Shown one piece after another: positions 48,833 through 61,915 of a DNA stretch of 64,000 nucleotides (its first letter is position 1; each line of letters starts with the position of its first letter). The notes beneath the pieces are model-generated. The model did not search any database. It was not told the origin of the DNA and saw nothing but the letters and a program-made list of their open reading frames with translations. A program made the position numbers and the translations under genes. Location: the NCBI RefSeq assembly GCF_963921235.1, contig NC_086097.1:186870001-186934000 (forward strand), given 5' to 3'. The DNA comes from Mobula hypostoma. Lineage: Eukaryota.

Positions 48833-51800
48833 AGGTCCCATGCCTTCTGACTTTCTGAATAAGCCTACCGTGTGGAACTTTGTCAAATGCCTTACTAAAA
48901 TCCATATAGATTACATCCAATGCACTACCCTCAGCTATATGCCTGGTCACCTCCTCAAGGAACTCCATCAGACTTGTTAGACATGATCTGCCCTTCACAA
49001 AGCCATACTGATTGTCCCTGATCAGACCATGATTCTCTAAATGCCCAGAGATCCTATCTCTAAGAATCTTTTCTTTCTTTTTCTTTTTAAATCTTTTTTT
49101 GAATTAGAACACAAAAGGTAAACCAAATAGGCACTGATACACTGTTGCAATATAACTTTACAAGAAATATTAATACACAAAAAGAAGTTAGTACAAACAG
49201 TGCAGTTTCGATATAAAATAACAGGGTAATATAATAGTATACTAATTTTCATACATGTCGATAAGGAAAAGAAAAAAAAAACCCAAAAAAACCCCACCGT
49301 GCAACTAATCTAAAAAGCAAAGCAAAGCAATGGGCTAACTAGGTATCAAGTAGAGTTAAACAGCTTAAAACAATCACGTCCTCAAACCCGACCTCCATTA
49401 AAAACAGTTAAAAAGCAAGAAGGGAATGTAAATATGGACAGAGAGAAAAAAAAGTTACATTAAATGAAAATGTTGAATAAAAGATCTCCAGGTCTGTTCA
49501 AATTTAACTGAAGAATCATAAAGATTACCTCTAATTTTCTCCAAATTTAAACATAGTATCGGCTGGGAAAACCAAAAGAACGTAGTTGGGGCATTAATCT
49601 CCCTCCAATGTTGTAAAATACATCTTTTCACCATTAAAGTAAGAAATGCAATCAATCTACGGGCTGAAGGGGAAAGATTACTGGAAATTTTAGGTAATCC
49701 AGTAATAGGATGGGGAGAAATATCTATATTTCTTTGAAATAATATTAAAAATGTCTTTCCAAAAAGTTTCCAAAGTAGGACAGGACCAAAACATATAAGT
49801 TAAGGAAGGTATCTCCCCATGACATCTGTCACAAAGAGGGTTAATATGAGAATAAAAATGAGCTAATTTATCTTTAAACATGTGTGCTCTATGGACAACC
49901 TTAAATTGAATTAGGGAGTGTTTAGAACAGATAGAGGAAGTATTGACTAGTTGTAAAATATGCGCCCAGTCATCCGCCGGAATAATAAAGCCCAATTCCT
50001 TTTCCCAATCTGACCTAATCTTATTGAATGGAGCTTTCTTAAGTTTCATAATAGTGTTACAAATAATAGCTGTTACACCTTTCTGACATGGATTAAGGTT
50101 AATTATAGTATCTAAAATATAAGTAGGAGGTAGCGTCAGAAAGGAAGAGAGTATAGTACTTAGGAAATTTCTAGCTTGGAGATATCTAAAAAGATGTATT
50201 CTTTGTAAGTTATATTTGTTAGATAATTGTTCAAAAGACATAAGGGAACCATCTAAAAATAAATCCAAAAACCGTGAAATACCATTAGTCTTCCAAATTT
50301 GAAAGGCACGGTCCGTGGAAGAGGGAGGAAAGAATATGTTGCCTAAAATCGCAAGCCCAAATTGATTAAGATCGAAAAATTTTCGGAATTGAAACCAAAT
50401 ACGTAAGGTACATTTAACTATCGGGTTACAAACCTGTTTGTGGCGTTTCAAATCAAAAGGAAGAGAAGAACCTAAAATGGAGCCAAGTGCATAACCTTGA
50501 GCAGATTGTAATTCCAATACTACCCATTTGGGAATGGAAAGTGTATCTTGATCAAGTAACCAAAATTTCATGTGACGAATATTAATTGCCCAATAATAGA
50601 ATCTAAAGTTAGGTAATGCCAAACCTCCATCTCTCTTAGCTTTCCGTAGATGTATTTTACCCAATCTTGGGTTTTTATTTTGCCAAATAAATGAAGAAAT
50701 TTTAGAGTCAACTTTATCAAAAAAGGATTTTGGAACAAAAATCGGTAGTGCCTGAAATACATATAAAAATTTTGGCAGAATAAACATCTTAACAGCAGTA
50801 ATACGACCAATCAAAGTTAAATAAAATGGAGACCATTTAAATGAAAGTTGAGTAATGTGATCGATTAAGGGTAGGAAATTAGTCTTAAATAAATCTTTAT
50901 GTTTACAGGTAATTTTAATCCCAAGATATGAAAAATGATTAACCAATTTAAACGGAAGATTCTGATATAAGGGAACTTGCTTATTAATCGAGAAAAGATC
51001 ACTCTTACTGAGATTTAACTTATAACCTGAAAAAAGACTAAATTGTGCTAATAAATCTAAAGCAGCAGGGATAGATTTTTGAGGATTAGAAATATATAAA
51101 AGTAAGTCATCAGCATAGAGTGATACTTTATGGGACTTTAAACTCCATGTTATCCCAATAATATTTGGAGATTCTCGAATAGCAATTGCAAGAGGTTCTA
51201 GTGCAATGTCAAATAATAAAGGACTAAGAGGACAACCTTGTCTGGTACCTCGAAAAAGAGGGAAAAAAGGTGAGCTTAAAGAGTTAGTACGGACTGAGGC
51301 CATAGGAAAATGATATAACAATTTGATCCAGGATATAAATTTCCAGCTGAAATTAAACATTTCAAGCACCTTAAATAAGTAAGGCCATTCGACTCTGTCG
51401 AAGGCTTTTTCAGCATCTAAGGAAATGACGCACTCAGGATCATTTTGTGAGGGGGGTATAAACAATGTTTGACAGTGTGCGAATGTTATAAAAAGAGTAA
51501 CGACCTTTAATAAAACCCGTTTGGTCTTCCGAAATAATATAAGGAATTGCTTTTTCTAATCTGTTTGCTAATAATTTAGAAAAGATTTTAGAGTCAACAT
51601 TTAATAAGGATATTGGTCTATAAGATGCGCATTGAGCAGGATCTTTATCCTTCTTTAATATTAAAGAGATCGATGCTCTATAGAAGGATTCAGGAAGTTT
51701 ACCAAGTTTTAATGAGGCCTCCAGAACCCTGAATAACCAAGGGATTAATGAAGATGCAAAACATTTATAAAATTCCGCGGTAAACCCATCAGGACCAGGA

Positions 51801-53056
51801 GCTTTCCCCGGGCTCATAGAGAAAATAACATTCTTAATCTCATCAGTGGTAAAGGAAGTGTCTAGCATAGAAGGTATATCATGTGAAATCTAGGTTATCT
51901 AAAAGTCATACATATATTTAGAGTCTCGTGGAAACTCTGATTGATATAAGGAGGAATAAAAATCAAAAAAGGATTGATTAATCTCAGCTTGATCAAATAT
52001 CAGTTGATCTTTTTGATTATAAATCTGATTAATTTGAAATTTAGAATAGTTAGTCTTCAACTGATTAGCCAACAGTTTACCAACTTTGTCACTATGTATA
52101 TAAAATTCGCTTCTTGTTTTCATTAATTGATTTGCAATCGAGGACGAAAGTAATAAACTGTGTTCCATTTGAAGTTCAGTTCTTTGTTTATACAACTTCT
52201 CAGAGGGAGCTGTAGCATATATCTTATCAATTTCCTTAAGCTTGTCCACAATAACCAGCTCCTCGTCCTTCAACCTCTTCCTCAAAGCAGCAGAGTACGA
52301 GATGACCTGACCACGAATATAAGCTTTAAAAGTATCCCAAAGGATGTTCGTAGAAATATCTTCTGTATAGTTGATTGTAAAAAAGAGATCAATCTGTTCA
52401 TTCATAAAGTTAACAAAATCCGAGTCCTGAAGCAACAGCAAATTAAAACGCCATTGTCTATTATTTTGTATATTGGCCTGAATTTTAATAGAAAGCTTAA
52501 GTGGAGCATGATCCGAAATGGTTATAGAGTCATATTCACATTTAACCACTGAAGAAATAAGACGAGAGTCAATAAAAAAATAATCAATTCTTGAATAGGA
52601 ACGATGAACATGTGAAAAAAAAGAAAAATCTTTTTCCTGAGGATGCAAAAAACGCCAAATGACCTGGAATCTGAAAGGAATGAGTTAATCAAGGTTGCAG
52701 ATTTATTGGGTAAGGTCCGTAAAGAATCTTTTCCAACAGCTTTCCCACCACAGATGTAAGGTTCACTGGTCTATAATTACCCGGACTATCCCTACTACCT
52801 TTTTTGAACAAGGGGACAACATTCGCCTCCCTCCAATCCTCCGGTACCAGTCCTGGGGACAACAAGGACATAAAGATCCTAGCCAGAGGCTCAGCAATCT
52901 CTTCCCTCACCTCGTGGAGCAGCTTGGGGAATATTCCGTCAGGCCCCAGGGACTTATTAATCCTAATGTATTTTAACAACTCCAACACCTCCTCTCCCTT
53001 AATAGCAACATGCTCCAGAACATCAGCCTCACTCATATTGTCCTCACCATCATCAG
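48833..53056 (-). mobile_element. CR1-B 5' portion (48833-49073 and 52722-53056), interrupted by an L1
   Basis: DFSKAFDKVPHGRL and GPDGIFP...GNYRPV. Confidence 0.85.
49074..52721 (-). mobile_element. L1-clade LINE, 5'-truncated, ORF2 broken by few lesions
   Basis: SRIDYF/SDHAP endonuclease, PGPDGF, YRPISL, DAEKAFDRV, GTRQGCPLSP, YADD, C-terminal CDRC...MFWSC. T-run tail at 49074. 12-bp TSD aagaatcttttc (49062-49073, 52722-52733). Confidence 0.93.
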
Positions 53057-53600
53057 GATTTTGTCAACCTTTTACACTGCAACTCATCCTGTTGATTACA
53101 AGGTTGTTCTATCCTCAGCCCTTCCTTGGTACATTGTCTTTGTTTGTAAACCAACCACCTTATCCTCAGCACCAACACTCCATTTCCCATTCCATGCCAA
53201 GTTAGCTTAAACCTTCTTGAACAACTCTAGCACCAACAATCCATTTCCCATTCCATGCCAAGTTAGGTTAAACCTTCTTGAACAACTCTAATAAACTTGA
53301 CCGCAAGGATATTGGACCCCCTCCGGTTTCGGTGTAGCCTGGCCTTTTTATTCAGGTCATACTTTCCCCAGAAGAGATCCCAATAATCCATAAATCTGAA
53401 CACCTGCCCTTTCACCAGTTCTTCAGCCACACATTCACCTGCCAAATCATCTTCATCCTTACCCTCACTGGCACATGTCACATGCAGAATCCAGAGATTA
53501 CTACCCTAGAGGTCCTGTTTTTCATCTTTCTACTCAGCTCCCTAAAATCTTTCTTCAGGACCTTCTCATCTTGTCACAGTTGCCAATATGCACCAAGAAT
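53057..53600 (-). mobile_element. CR1-A 5' portion (end of the esterase-like ORF1), with a 61-bp tandem duplication at 53168-53289
   Basis: FRFMDYWDLFWG...LHRN.RGSNILA. Confidence 0.7.
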
Positions 53601-54007
53601 TATGAAGAATACAGAAAAGTATAGCACAGGAATAGGCCCTTCACTTCGATGTTGTGCTTAGCTAATCCCGTCCCTCTGCCTGGACAGTGTCCATACCCCT
53701 GCATTTTCTGCACATTCATGTGCCCATCTAACAGCCTCTTAACCTACCGACTTCACCTTAAATGCATTTTCTCTAGTATTGGACATGTTGGTTCTGGGAA
53801 CTAGATATGGCCTTTCATAGCCTCATAAACCTCTATCAGATATCCCCTCAGCCACTACTGCTCCAGAGAAAACTACACAAGGCTAACCATCCTCTCCCCA
53901 TAGCAGATGCTCTCTAATCCTGGCAACATCCTATAAACCTTCTTTGCATCATCTCCAAGGTCTCCACATCCTTTCTATAGAGGGGTGTCCAGAATCGATT
54001 TCGGTAC

Positions 54008-57000
54008 TGTTATGTATTCATGTATATTTTGACACTTACCGGTTGCCGTGGGAGGGCATTCTGGGTAGATGACTTGGAAGCAAAATGAACACCTGCACAT
54101 TTGATCCTCATCTCTCCATCTCTCGTGTGTGTTGTTCACAGTCACCTGGTTTCCCAGTACCACAAACATAAAAACTGATGACGAGGATGTAGTGTATTTA
54201 ATATTTCAGTAATATTTGAGTAATGTTGTGAAACCCCTTATCTTTAGCTCAAACCCAAACATGCTGAAAGCAGAACAGACTGCTCTTACAGAACAGCTGA
54301 AATGAAATACCTACAGCATAGCAGTAAAAATGTTAACCATTACAATTGTAAATATATTATTTTTAATTAAGCATTTTTGTTGCTTACATAATTCATTATG
54401 GGTTATACAGTATGAATGAAGTACATGAATGACGTTCATTGTTAAACCACCTCATCGTATGTGAGTGCCTCACTAAATAAAAACTAAATAGAGATATGTC
54501 CTGTTTTCCACTTGATTAGTTTCCGGAGCTACAAAACATACTTTATACTTTGTACTTTATTGTCGCCAAACAATTGATACTAGAACATACAATCATCATG
54601 GCAATATTTGATTCTGCGCTTCCAGCTCCCTGGATTACAAATCGATAGTAAATATTAAGAATTTAAATTATAAATCATAAATAGAAAATAGAAAAATGGA
54701 AAGTAAGGTAGTGCAAAAAAACCGAGATGCAGGTCCGGATATTTGGATGGTACAGCCCAGATCCGGGTCAGGATCCGTCAGCAGTCTTATCACAGTTGGA
54801 AAGAAGCTGTTCCCAAATCTGGGAACATGGCAGAGATGACAAGTCCTCATCCAATATCAATTGTGTTGTTGCCCTCGGCAAGAAAAGTCCAAGTGAAAGA
54901 AATGTGGGTGAGTGAAAAGAAGAAGCAGAATGCTACAAGAAGTGGGGTGAGTGAACGACCATACGAAGCATGGTGACCGCAAGAATCTCAGGAGAGAGAA
55001 CGAGAATGGGATGGTTAAATAAAACAAATGAGAAAGACAGATCAGACTAGTAAACTTTTCTGGAACCTGATTGTGTTTGAAAATGGTGATAATGTTTCTA
55101 AGTATAGGGCCGTATGATAAAATGACAGAGCAATGAAGTGCGTATGCTGAAAGTTTTGAATATTTTGCACTGGCACGTTGAATTTCAGATGATATCCGTG
55201 TTCCTATTTTTCTCACTGTGATGGGTGCAACATCATTTAATTGATTACGCAGTATAATGCTAAACCCGGCGATAAGCCTTATGAGGACATAGTTAAAGTC
55301 TTAAAGGACGGCTATTCACCTAAACCCTTGATTATTGCTGAGACGTTTCGATTTCATAAAAGGAATCAAGAAGAAGGTGAGTCAATGTATTTTACAGTTT
55401 GTGACAGTCCTGAAGGAGGTTGTCTGAAAAACTGCGATTTTCAAGTCAAGTCAAGTCACTTTTTATTGTCATTTCGACCATAACTGCTGGTACAGTACAC
55501 AGTAAAAAAGAGACGTTTTTCAGGACCATGGTGCTACGTGAAACAATACAAAATCTACACTGAACTACATAAAACAACACAAAAACTACACTAGACTACA
55601 GACCTATCCAGGACTGCATAAAGTGCACAAAACAGTGCAGGCATTACAATAAATAATAAACAAGACAATAGGCACAGTAGAGGGCAGTAGGTTGGCTTCA
55701 GTCCAGGCTCTGGGTATTGAGGAGTCTGCTGGCTTGGGGGAAGAAACTGTTACATAGTCTGGTCGTGAGAGCCCGAACGCTTCGGTGCCTTTTGCCAGAT
55801 GGCAGGAGGGAGAAGAGTTTGTATGTGGGGTGCATGGGGTCCTTTATAATGCTGTTTGCTTTACGGATGCAGCGTGTGGTGTAAATGTCTGTAATGGCGG
55901 GAAGAGAGACCCCGATGATTTTCTCAGCTGACCTCACTATCCGCTGCAGGGTCTTGCGATCCGAGATGGTACAATTCCCGAACCAGGCAGTGATGCAGCT
56001 GCTCAGGATGCTCTCAATACAACCTCTGTAGAATGTGGTGAGGATGAGGGGAGGGAGATGAACTTTTCTCAGCCTTCGCAGAAAGCAGAGACGCTGCTGG
56101 GTTTTCTTTGCTATGGAGCTGCTGTTGAGGGACCAGGTGAGATTCTCCGCCAGGTGAACACCAAGAAATTTGGTGCTCTTAACGATTTCTATGGAGGAGT
56201 CGTCGATGTTCAGTGGAGAGTGGTCGCTCTGTGTCCTCCTGAAGTTAACCATCTCTTTTGTTTTGTTCATATTCAGAGACAGGTTGTTAGCTCTGCACCA
56301 ATCAGTTAGTCGCTGCACCTCCTCTCTATATGCCGACTCATCGTTCTTGCTAATGAGACCCACCATGGTCGTGTCATCGGTGAACTTGACGATGTGGTTC
56401 GAGGTGTGTTGCAGCACAGTCGTGGGTCAGCAGAGTGAACAGCAGTGGACTGAGCACACAGCCCTGGGGGGCCCTCGTGCTCAGTGTGTTGGTGTTGGAG
56501 ATGCTGCTTCCAATCCTGACTGACCGGGGTCTCCCAGTCAGGAAGTCTAGGATCCAGTTGAAGAGGGATGTGTTCAGGCCCAGTAGGCTCAGATTTCCAA
56601 TCAGTTTCTGAGGAATGATTGTGTTTAATGCTGAACTGAAGTCTATGAACAGCATTCAAACGTACGTGTCTTTTTTGTCCGGGTGGGTTAGAGCCAGGTG
56701 GAGGGTGATGCCAATGGCGTCGTCTGTTGAATGGCTGGGACAGTACGCGAACTACAGGGGGTCCAGTGAGGGGGGCAGCAAGGTCTTGATGTGCCTCATA
56801 ATGAGCCTCTCGCAACACTTCATGATGACGGATGTGAGTGCAACAGGACGGTAGTCGTTGAGGCAGGACACTGGAGACTTCTTCGGCAGAGGGACAATGG
56901 TGGCGACCTTGAAGCACATAGGAACCATGGCGCTGCTCCAGGAGATGTTGAAGATGTCAGTGAGAATCTCAGCTAGCTGGTCTGCATATCCTCTAAGCAC

Positions 57001-57935
57001 CTTGCCAGGAATATTGTCTGGTCCAGCAGCCTTCTATGGGTTGACCCTGCACAGGGTTCTCACATCGGCTACGGTAAGACACAGCACCTGGTCAATTTTA
57101 CGCAATCACTGAATGACACATTACATGACAGACTTGTATGTGGACTGCATAGTGAGGAAGTTCAGAAACGTTTGCTTATGGAGTCAGAACTGACATTACA
57201 AAAGACAATTGAGATTAGTATATCTATGGAAATGGCAGCTAAAGAAGTACAGCTATTAAGCACATCTTTCCAAATTCATGAAGTTTCCACTGACATTAAG
57301 AATAAGACACTTATTGTCAATCATTGTTAGTGTTGTGGCAAAACTGTACATTCAGCAAAAGAATGCTGGTATAAGGATTTAGATTGCCAAAGCTATGGCA
57401 AAAAGGGACACATTGAACATGCCTGTAAAATAAAAGACACTGTCAACAAAAATCACTGTTATAATGAAAAATGACTTTTGGAAAAACAAAGAAGAAATAT
57501 ATGAACAAGGTGGAGCATACTGAGGACAGACTGAGTGACTCTCACTTTGTGGTTGAAGAGGTTTTGCATGGTCCAACTGTTTCAGGACACAAAGACGGCC
57601 ATTGGGTAACCCCGTTGTTCGATGGGGCCGCGGTGAGGATGCAGGTGGATATGGGAGCTGCAGTACCGCTGGTATCAGAGAAAATTTAAAAGGAGAAATT
57701 GCAGCATCTTGCCCCAAAAGGGGCAAGGTTGGCTTTAAAGATTTACACTGGTGAGGTTGTTCCAGAGAGGGGAGTAATACATGTTACAGTGGAGATTAAT
57801 GAACAGAGAAAGAAACTTCCACTGTACATTGTTAAATACAACATTTCTGGGCTGCTCATGGTCAGAGCAGTTCAAATTCACTGGCACGAAGTACACTTGA
57901 TTAGTGGGGGCACTGATATATAAGAGGTCTTGAAG
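54008..57935 (+). mobile_element. Gypsy-type LTR retrotransposon 5' part (stacked LTR-like pieces, gag, protease), interrupted
   Basis: TGTTATG...AACA followed by PBS-like TGATGACGAGGA (54176-54187). Gag SPKPLIIAETFRFHKRNQEEGES and DRLVCGL..EEVQKRLL, knuckle CCGK..HSAKEC, protease-like MQVDMGAAV. Confidence 0.75.
55441..57093 (-). mobile_element. Relatively young Rex1/Babar-like LINE, 5'-truncated, inserted in gag
   Basis: [32 protein letters not shown] (239-aa ORF). (tcaag)n tail on the + strand. Confidence 0.9.
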
Positions 57936-57937
57936 AA

Positions 57938-59402
57938 ATACATAGAAACATAGAAAACCTACAGCACAATACAGGCCCTTTGGCCCACAATGCTGTGCCA
58001 AACATGTACTTACTTTAGAAATTACTGAGGGTTACCTATAGCCCTCTATTTTACTAAGCTCCATGTACCTATCCAAGAGTCTCTTAAAAGACCCTATAGT
58101 ATCCGCCTCCACCACCGTTACTGCAGCCCATTCCATGCACTCACCACATCCTGCATAAAAAAAATTACCCCTGACATCTCCTCTGTGCCTACTTCCAAGC
58201 ACCGTAAAACTATGCCCTCTCGTGATAGCCATTTCTGTCCTGGGAAAAAGTCTCTGTCTATCCACACTATCAATGCTTCACATCATCTTGTACATTTCTA
58301 TCAGGTCACCTCTCATCCTCCATCGCTCCAAAGAGAAAAGGCCGAGTTCACTCAACCTATTCTCATAAGGCATGCTCCCCAATCCAGGCAACATCCTTGT
58401 AAGTATCCTCTGAACCCCTTCTATAGTTTCCACATCCTTCCTGTAGTGAGGTGACCAGAATTGAGCACAGTACTACAAGTGGGGTCTGATCAGGGTCCTA
58501 TGTAGCTGTAACATTAGTGCTCGGCTCTTAAATTTAATCCCATGGTTGATGAAGGCCAATGCGTCGTGTGCCTTCTTAATCACAGAGTCAACCTGTGCAG
58601 CAGCTTTGAGCGTCCTATTGACTCGGACCCCAAGATCCCTCTAATCCTTCACACTGCCAAAAGTCTTACCATTAATACTATATTCTGCCATCATATTGGA
58701 CCTATCAAAATGAACCACCTCACACTTAGAAACATAGAAAACCTACAGCACAATACAGGCCCTTTGGCCCTCAAAGTTATGCCGAACATGTCCCTACCTT
58801 AGAACTACCTAGGCTTTACCCATAGCCCTCTATTTTTCTGAGCTCCATGTAGCCATCCAGGAGTCTCTTAAACAACCCTATCATTTCCGCCGCTGGCAGC
58901 CCATTTCACGCACTCACCAATCTCTGCGCAAAAAAACTTACCCCTGACGTCTCCTCTGTACCTACTTCCAAGCACCTTAAAACTATGCCCTCTCGTGCTA
59001 GCCATTTCAGCCCTGGGGAAAAGCCTCTGACTATCCACTTATCTGGGTTGAACTCCATCTGCCACTTCTCAGCCCAGTTTTGCATCCTATTGCTGTAACC
59101 TCTGACAGCCCTCCACACTATCCACAATGCCCCCAACCTTTGTGCATTCAACACATTTACTAAACTATCCCTCCACTTCCTCGTCCAGGTCATTTATAAA
59201 AATCATAAAGAGAAGGGGTTTCCTGAACAGATCCCTGAGGCACACCACTGGTCACCGACCTCCATGCAGAATATGACCTGTCTACAACCACTCTTTGCCT
59301 TCTATGGGCAAGCCAATTCTGGATTCACAAAGCAAGGTACCCTTGGGTCCCATGCCTCCTAACTTTCTCAATAAGCCTTGCATGGGATACCTTATCAAAT
59401 GC
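57938..59402 (-). mobile_element. CR1 3' portion with a nested second CR1 3' end (58726-59040)
   Basis: atagaaac tails at 57940 and 58727. NWAEKWQMEFN. Confidence 0.85.
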
Positions 59403-60052
59403 AAACACGAGGAAATCTGCAGATGCTGGAATTCCAAGCAACACACATAAAAATTGCTGGTGAATGCAGCAGGCCCGGCAGCATCTCTACGAAGAGGTAC
59501 AGTCGACGTTTCGGGCCGAGACCCTTCGTCAGGACTAACTGAAAGAGGAGCTAGTAAGAGATTTGAAAGTGGGAGGGGGAGGGGGAGATCCGAAATGATA
59601 GGAGAAGACAGGAGGGGGAGGGATGGAGCCAAGAGCTGGACAGTTGATTGGCAAAAGGGATATGAGAGGATCATGGGACAGGAGGCCTAGGGAAAAACAA
59701 AGGCGGGGGGAAACCAGAGGATAGGCAAGGGGTATAGTGAGGGGGACAGAGGGAGAAAAAGAATGTGTGTATATAAATAAATAACGGATGGTGTACGAGG
59801 GGGAGGTGGGGCATTAGCGGAAGTCTGAGAAGTCAATGTTCATGCCATCAGGTTGGAGGCTACCCAGACGGAATATAAGGTGTTGTTCCTCCAACCTGAG
59901 TATGGCTTCATCTTTACAGTAGAGGAGGCCGTGGATAGACATATGGGAATGGGGCGTGGAATTAAAATGTGTGGCCACTGGGAGATCCTGCTTTCTCGAG
60001 AAAGCAGGATCTCCCAGTGGCCACACATTTTAATTCCACGTCCCATTCCCAT
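59403..60052 (-). mobile_element. Penelope-like element 3' part (GIY-YIG end + terminal repeat) ending in a palindrome
   Basis: DLPVATHFN...LRLEEQHLIFRLGSLQPDGMN. Confidence 0.88.
59501..59536 (-). ncRNA. Minimal hammerhead ribozyme with canonical core and GUC site
   Basis: AGTC-CTGACGA-A-GGG TCTCGG CCC-GAAA-C-GTC-GACT. Confidence 0.78.
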
Positions 60053-60059
60053 TCTGGAA

Positions 60060-61915
60060 CTGAACTTCTTTTGGAAGAATATGACAGGGAAGGCATCTGA
60101 GACCCTGAAAGATGGCTTGTATCCTTGCATTGCTGTCCTGCCAGGAGTTCGCAACTGGATGGGACCACGAAGGGCTAAGTTTCAGACTTGGAGAGAGCAT
60201 TTCTCAAGTAAAGAGTTACAGATCCACAAGAGAGAATAAAGGAAGAAGATCCTGATGTTGTACTCTGTCTTCAGTGCTGAAGCTTTGGTGATGGCTGTCA
60301 TGTAACCAATGGTCAACAATCTTGAAGCCCATTGGAAAATAAAAAGAATGAAAATATTTGCTTGTGAAGATTTGGAAGTGGGTGCATAATAACACAAAGA
60401 AACTTTGATCGGAATGACAGAGACAAAGACTTGTGTGACAGAGATGTTAGAGAAGGATGAAGACAACTAAAATGCTTTAGGAGAGAGCTTGGTGATGGCA
60501 AGCGTGTTTTTGATGAGTGGAGGTGAAGTTCTGCAGGAAGCAGTTTTGCCTAAACCCTCAATGAAGGACTTTGCAAAGATTCGGCATGACATCTAAAACT
60601 TTAACAAACCTCTATAGCTGTGTGGTGGAGAATATGTTGACTGGCTGTATCACAGCCTGGTATGGAAACACCAATGCCTGAATGGAAAATCCTACAAAAA
60701 GTAATAGATACAGCCCAGACCATCACGGATATCACTCTCCCCACCATTGAACACTTCTGCATGAAGTGTTGTTGTAAGAAAGCAGTATGCATCATCAAGT
60801 ACCCCCACCACCCAGGTCATGCTCTCTTCTTGCTGCTGCCATCAGGAAGAAGGTGCAGGAGCCTCAGGATTTGCACCACCAGGTTCAGGAACAGTTACTA
60901 TTCCTTAAACATCAGGATCTTGAACCAAAGGGGATAACATCATTCAACTTCACTTGCCTCATCATTGAAGTGTTCCCACAACCTATGGACTTTCAAAGAG
61001 TCTTCATCTCATTTTGTAGATATTCATTCATTCATTCATTCATTTACTTACTTACTAATTATTTCTTTCTTTTTGCATTTGCACAGTTCATTGTATTTTG
61101 CATTCTGGCTGTACACCCAGTTGGTATGGTTTTTCATTGACCCTATTTTGGTGATTATTCTATTATGGATTTACTGAAAAAGCAAACAAGAAAATAAATC
61201 TCGGGGTTGTATATGGTGACATATATGTACTTTGACAGTGAATTAATTTGAACTTTCATGGAGAAAACTGCCCCTAGACTAGCATCAATGATTGAATACA
61301 TGTTTGCTGAAGGATCAGTGTCATCTAGCCAGTTCATTCAATAGTTTTCAAGTAACTGAAGTAGACCAGGTAGTCACTCGAGTAGCCTGCAGTCAACACC
61401 ACATGAAGAACTTGAGAGACTTGCTCATCTGGAGCACCTGTTTCACAGCTTGGGAATTATTTTGCTCCTATTCCATCATGAGAAGATAATAAAGAGATTA
61501 ATAAAAGGGTCAATATATTAGAAATACTGCACAAAACAAATGTGGATGTGAAACCACTGCTGTCCAGACTGACAAGGAGAAACTAAAGGAGAGTTCATAG
61601 ACTGGAGTAGTTTTGTCTCTGGAAGAGGTGGAAGCAAAACTGAAAGGTCTCAAAATGTTTGCTCGTGGAACACACTCTAACTGCATCATCTGGTCCTTAA
61701 CAAATAGAAAAAAGACACAGGTACGTTTGTTTTCAAAAAGCTGGTTAACAGTATGAAGACAAGTGGAACCTTGTCTTTGCAATAATTCTACTGTCCCCTG
61801 TAATGTGATCTCCATTCCCAGGTATTCTAGGTGACCTGTTTGGCAGTCGGAATCATTACATGCCAGTCTTTAATCAGCAAAGCCATTCATCCCCTGTTGC
61901 CTGTGCTTTCTGAGG
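60060..61915 (+). pseudogene. EIF4ENIF1: Processed pseudogene of eIF4E nuclear import factor 1 (4E-T), N-terminal half
   Basis: Manual translation gives LEEYDREGI*DPERW, DPQERIKEEDPDVVL..QC*SFGDGCHVT, CFRRELGDGKRVF, LASMIE..AEGSVSSSQF, SSSLQSTPHEELERLA, GNYFAPIP, VDVKPLLS, GVVLSLEEVEAKLKGLK and FKKLVNSMKTSGTL. These are collinear with recalled vertebrate 4E-T, with no introns and many stops. Confidence 0.9.
60573..61256 (+). mobile_element. Rex1/Babar-like 3' end inserted in the 4E-T pseudogene
   Basis: Similar to 39170-39870, with a tttgaacttt tail. Confidence 0.85.

Noticed and set aside
61600..61726. Apparent functional exon ending CAG|GTACGT
   Set aside because: 4E-T homology continues straight through the site and stops lie upstream, so it is part of the pseudogene.
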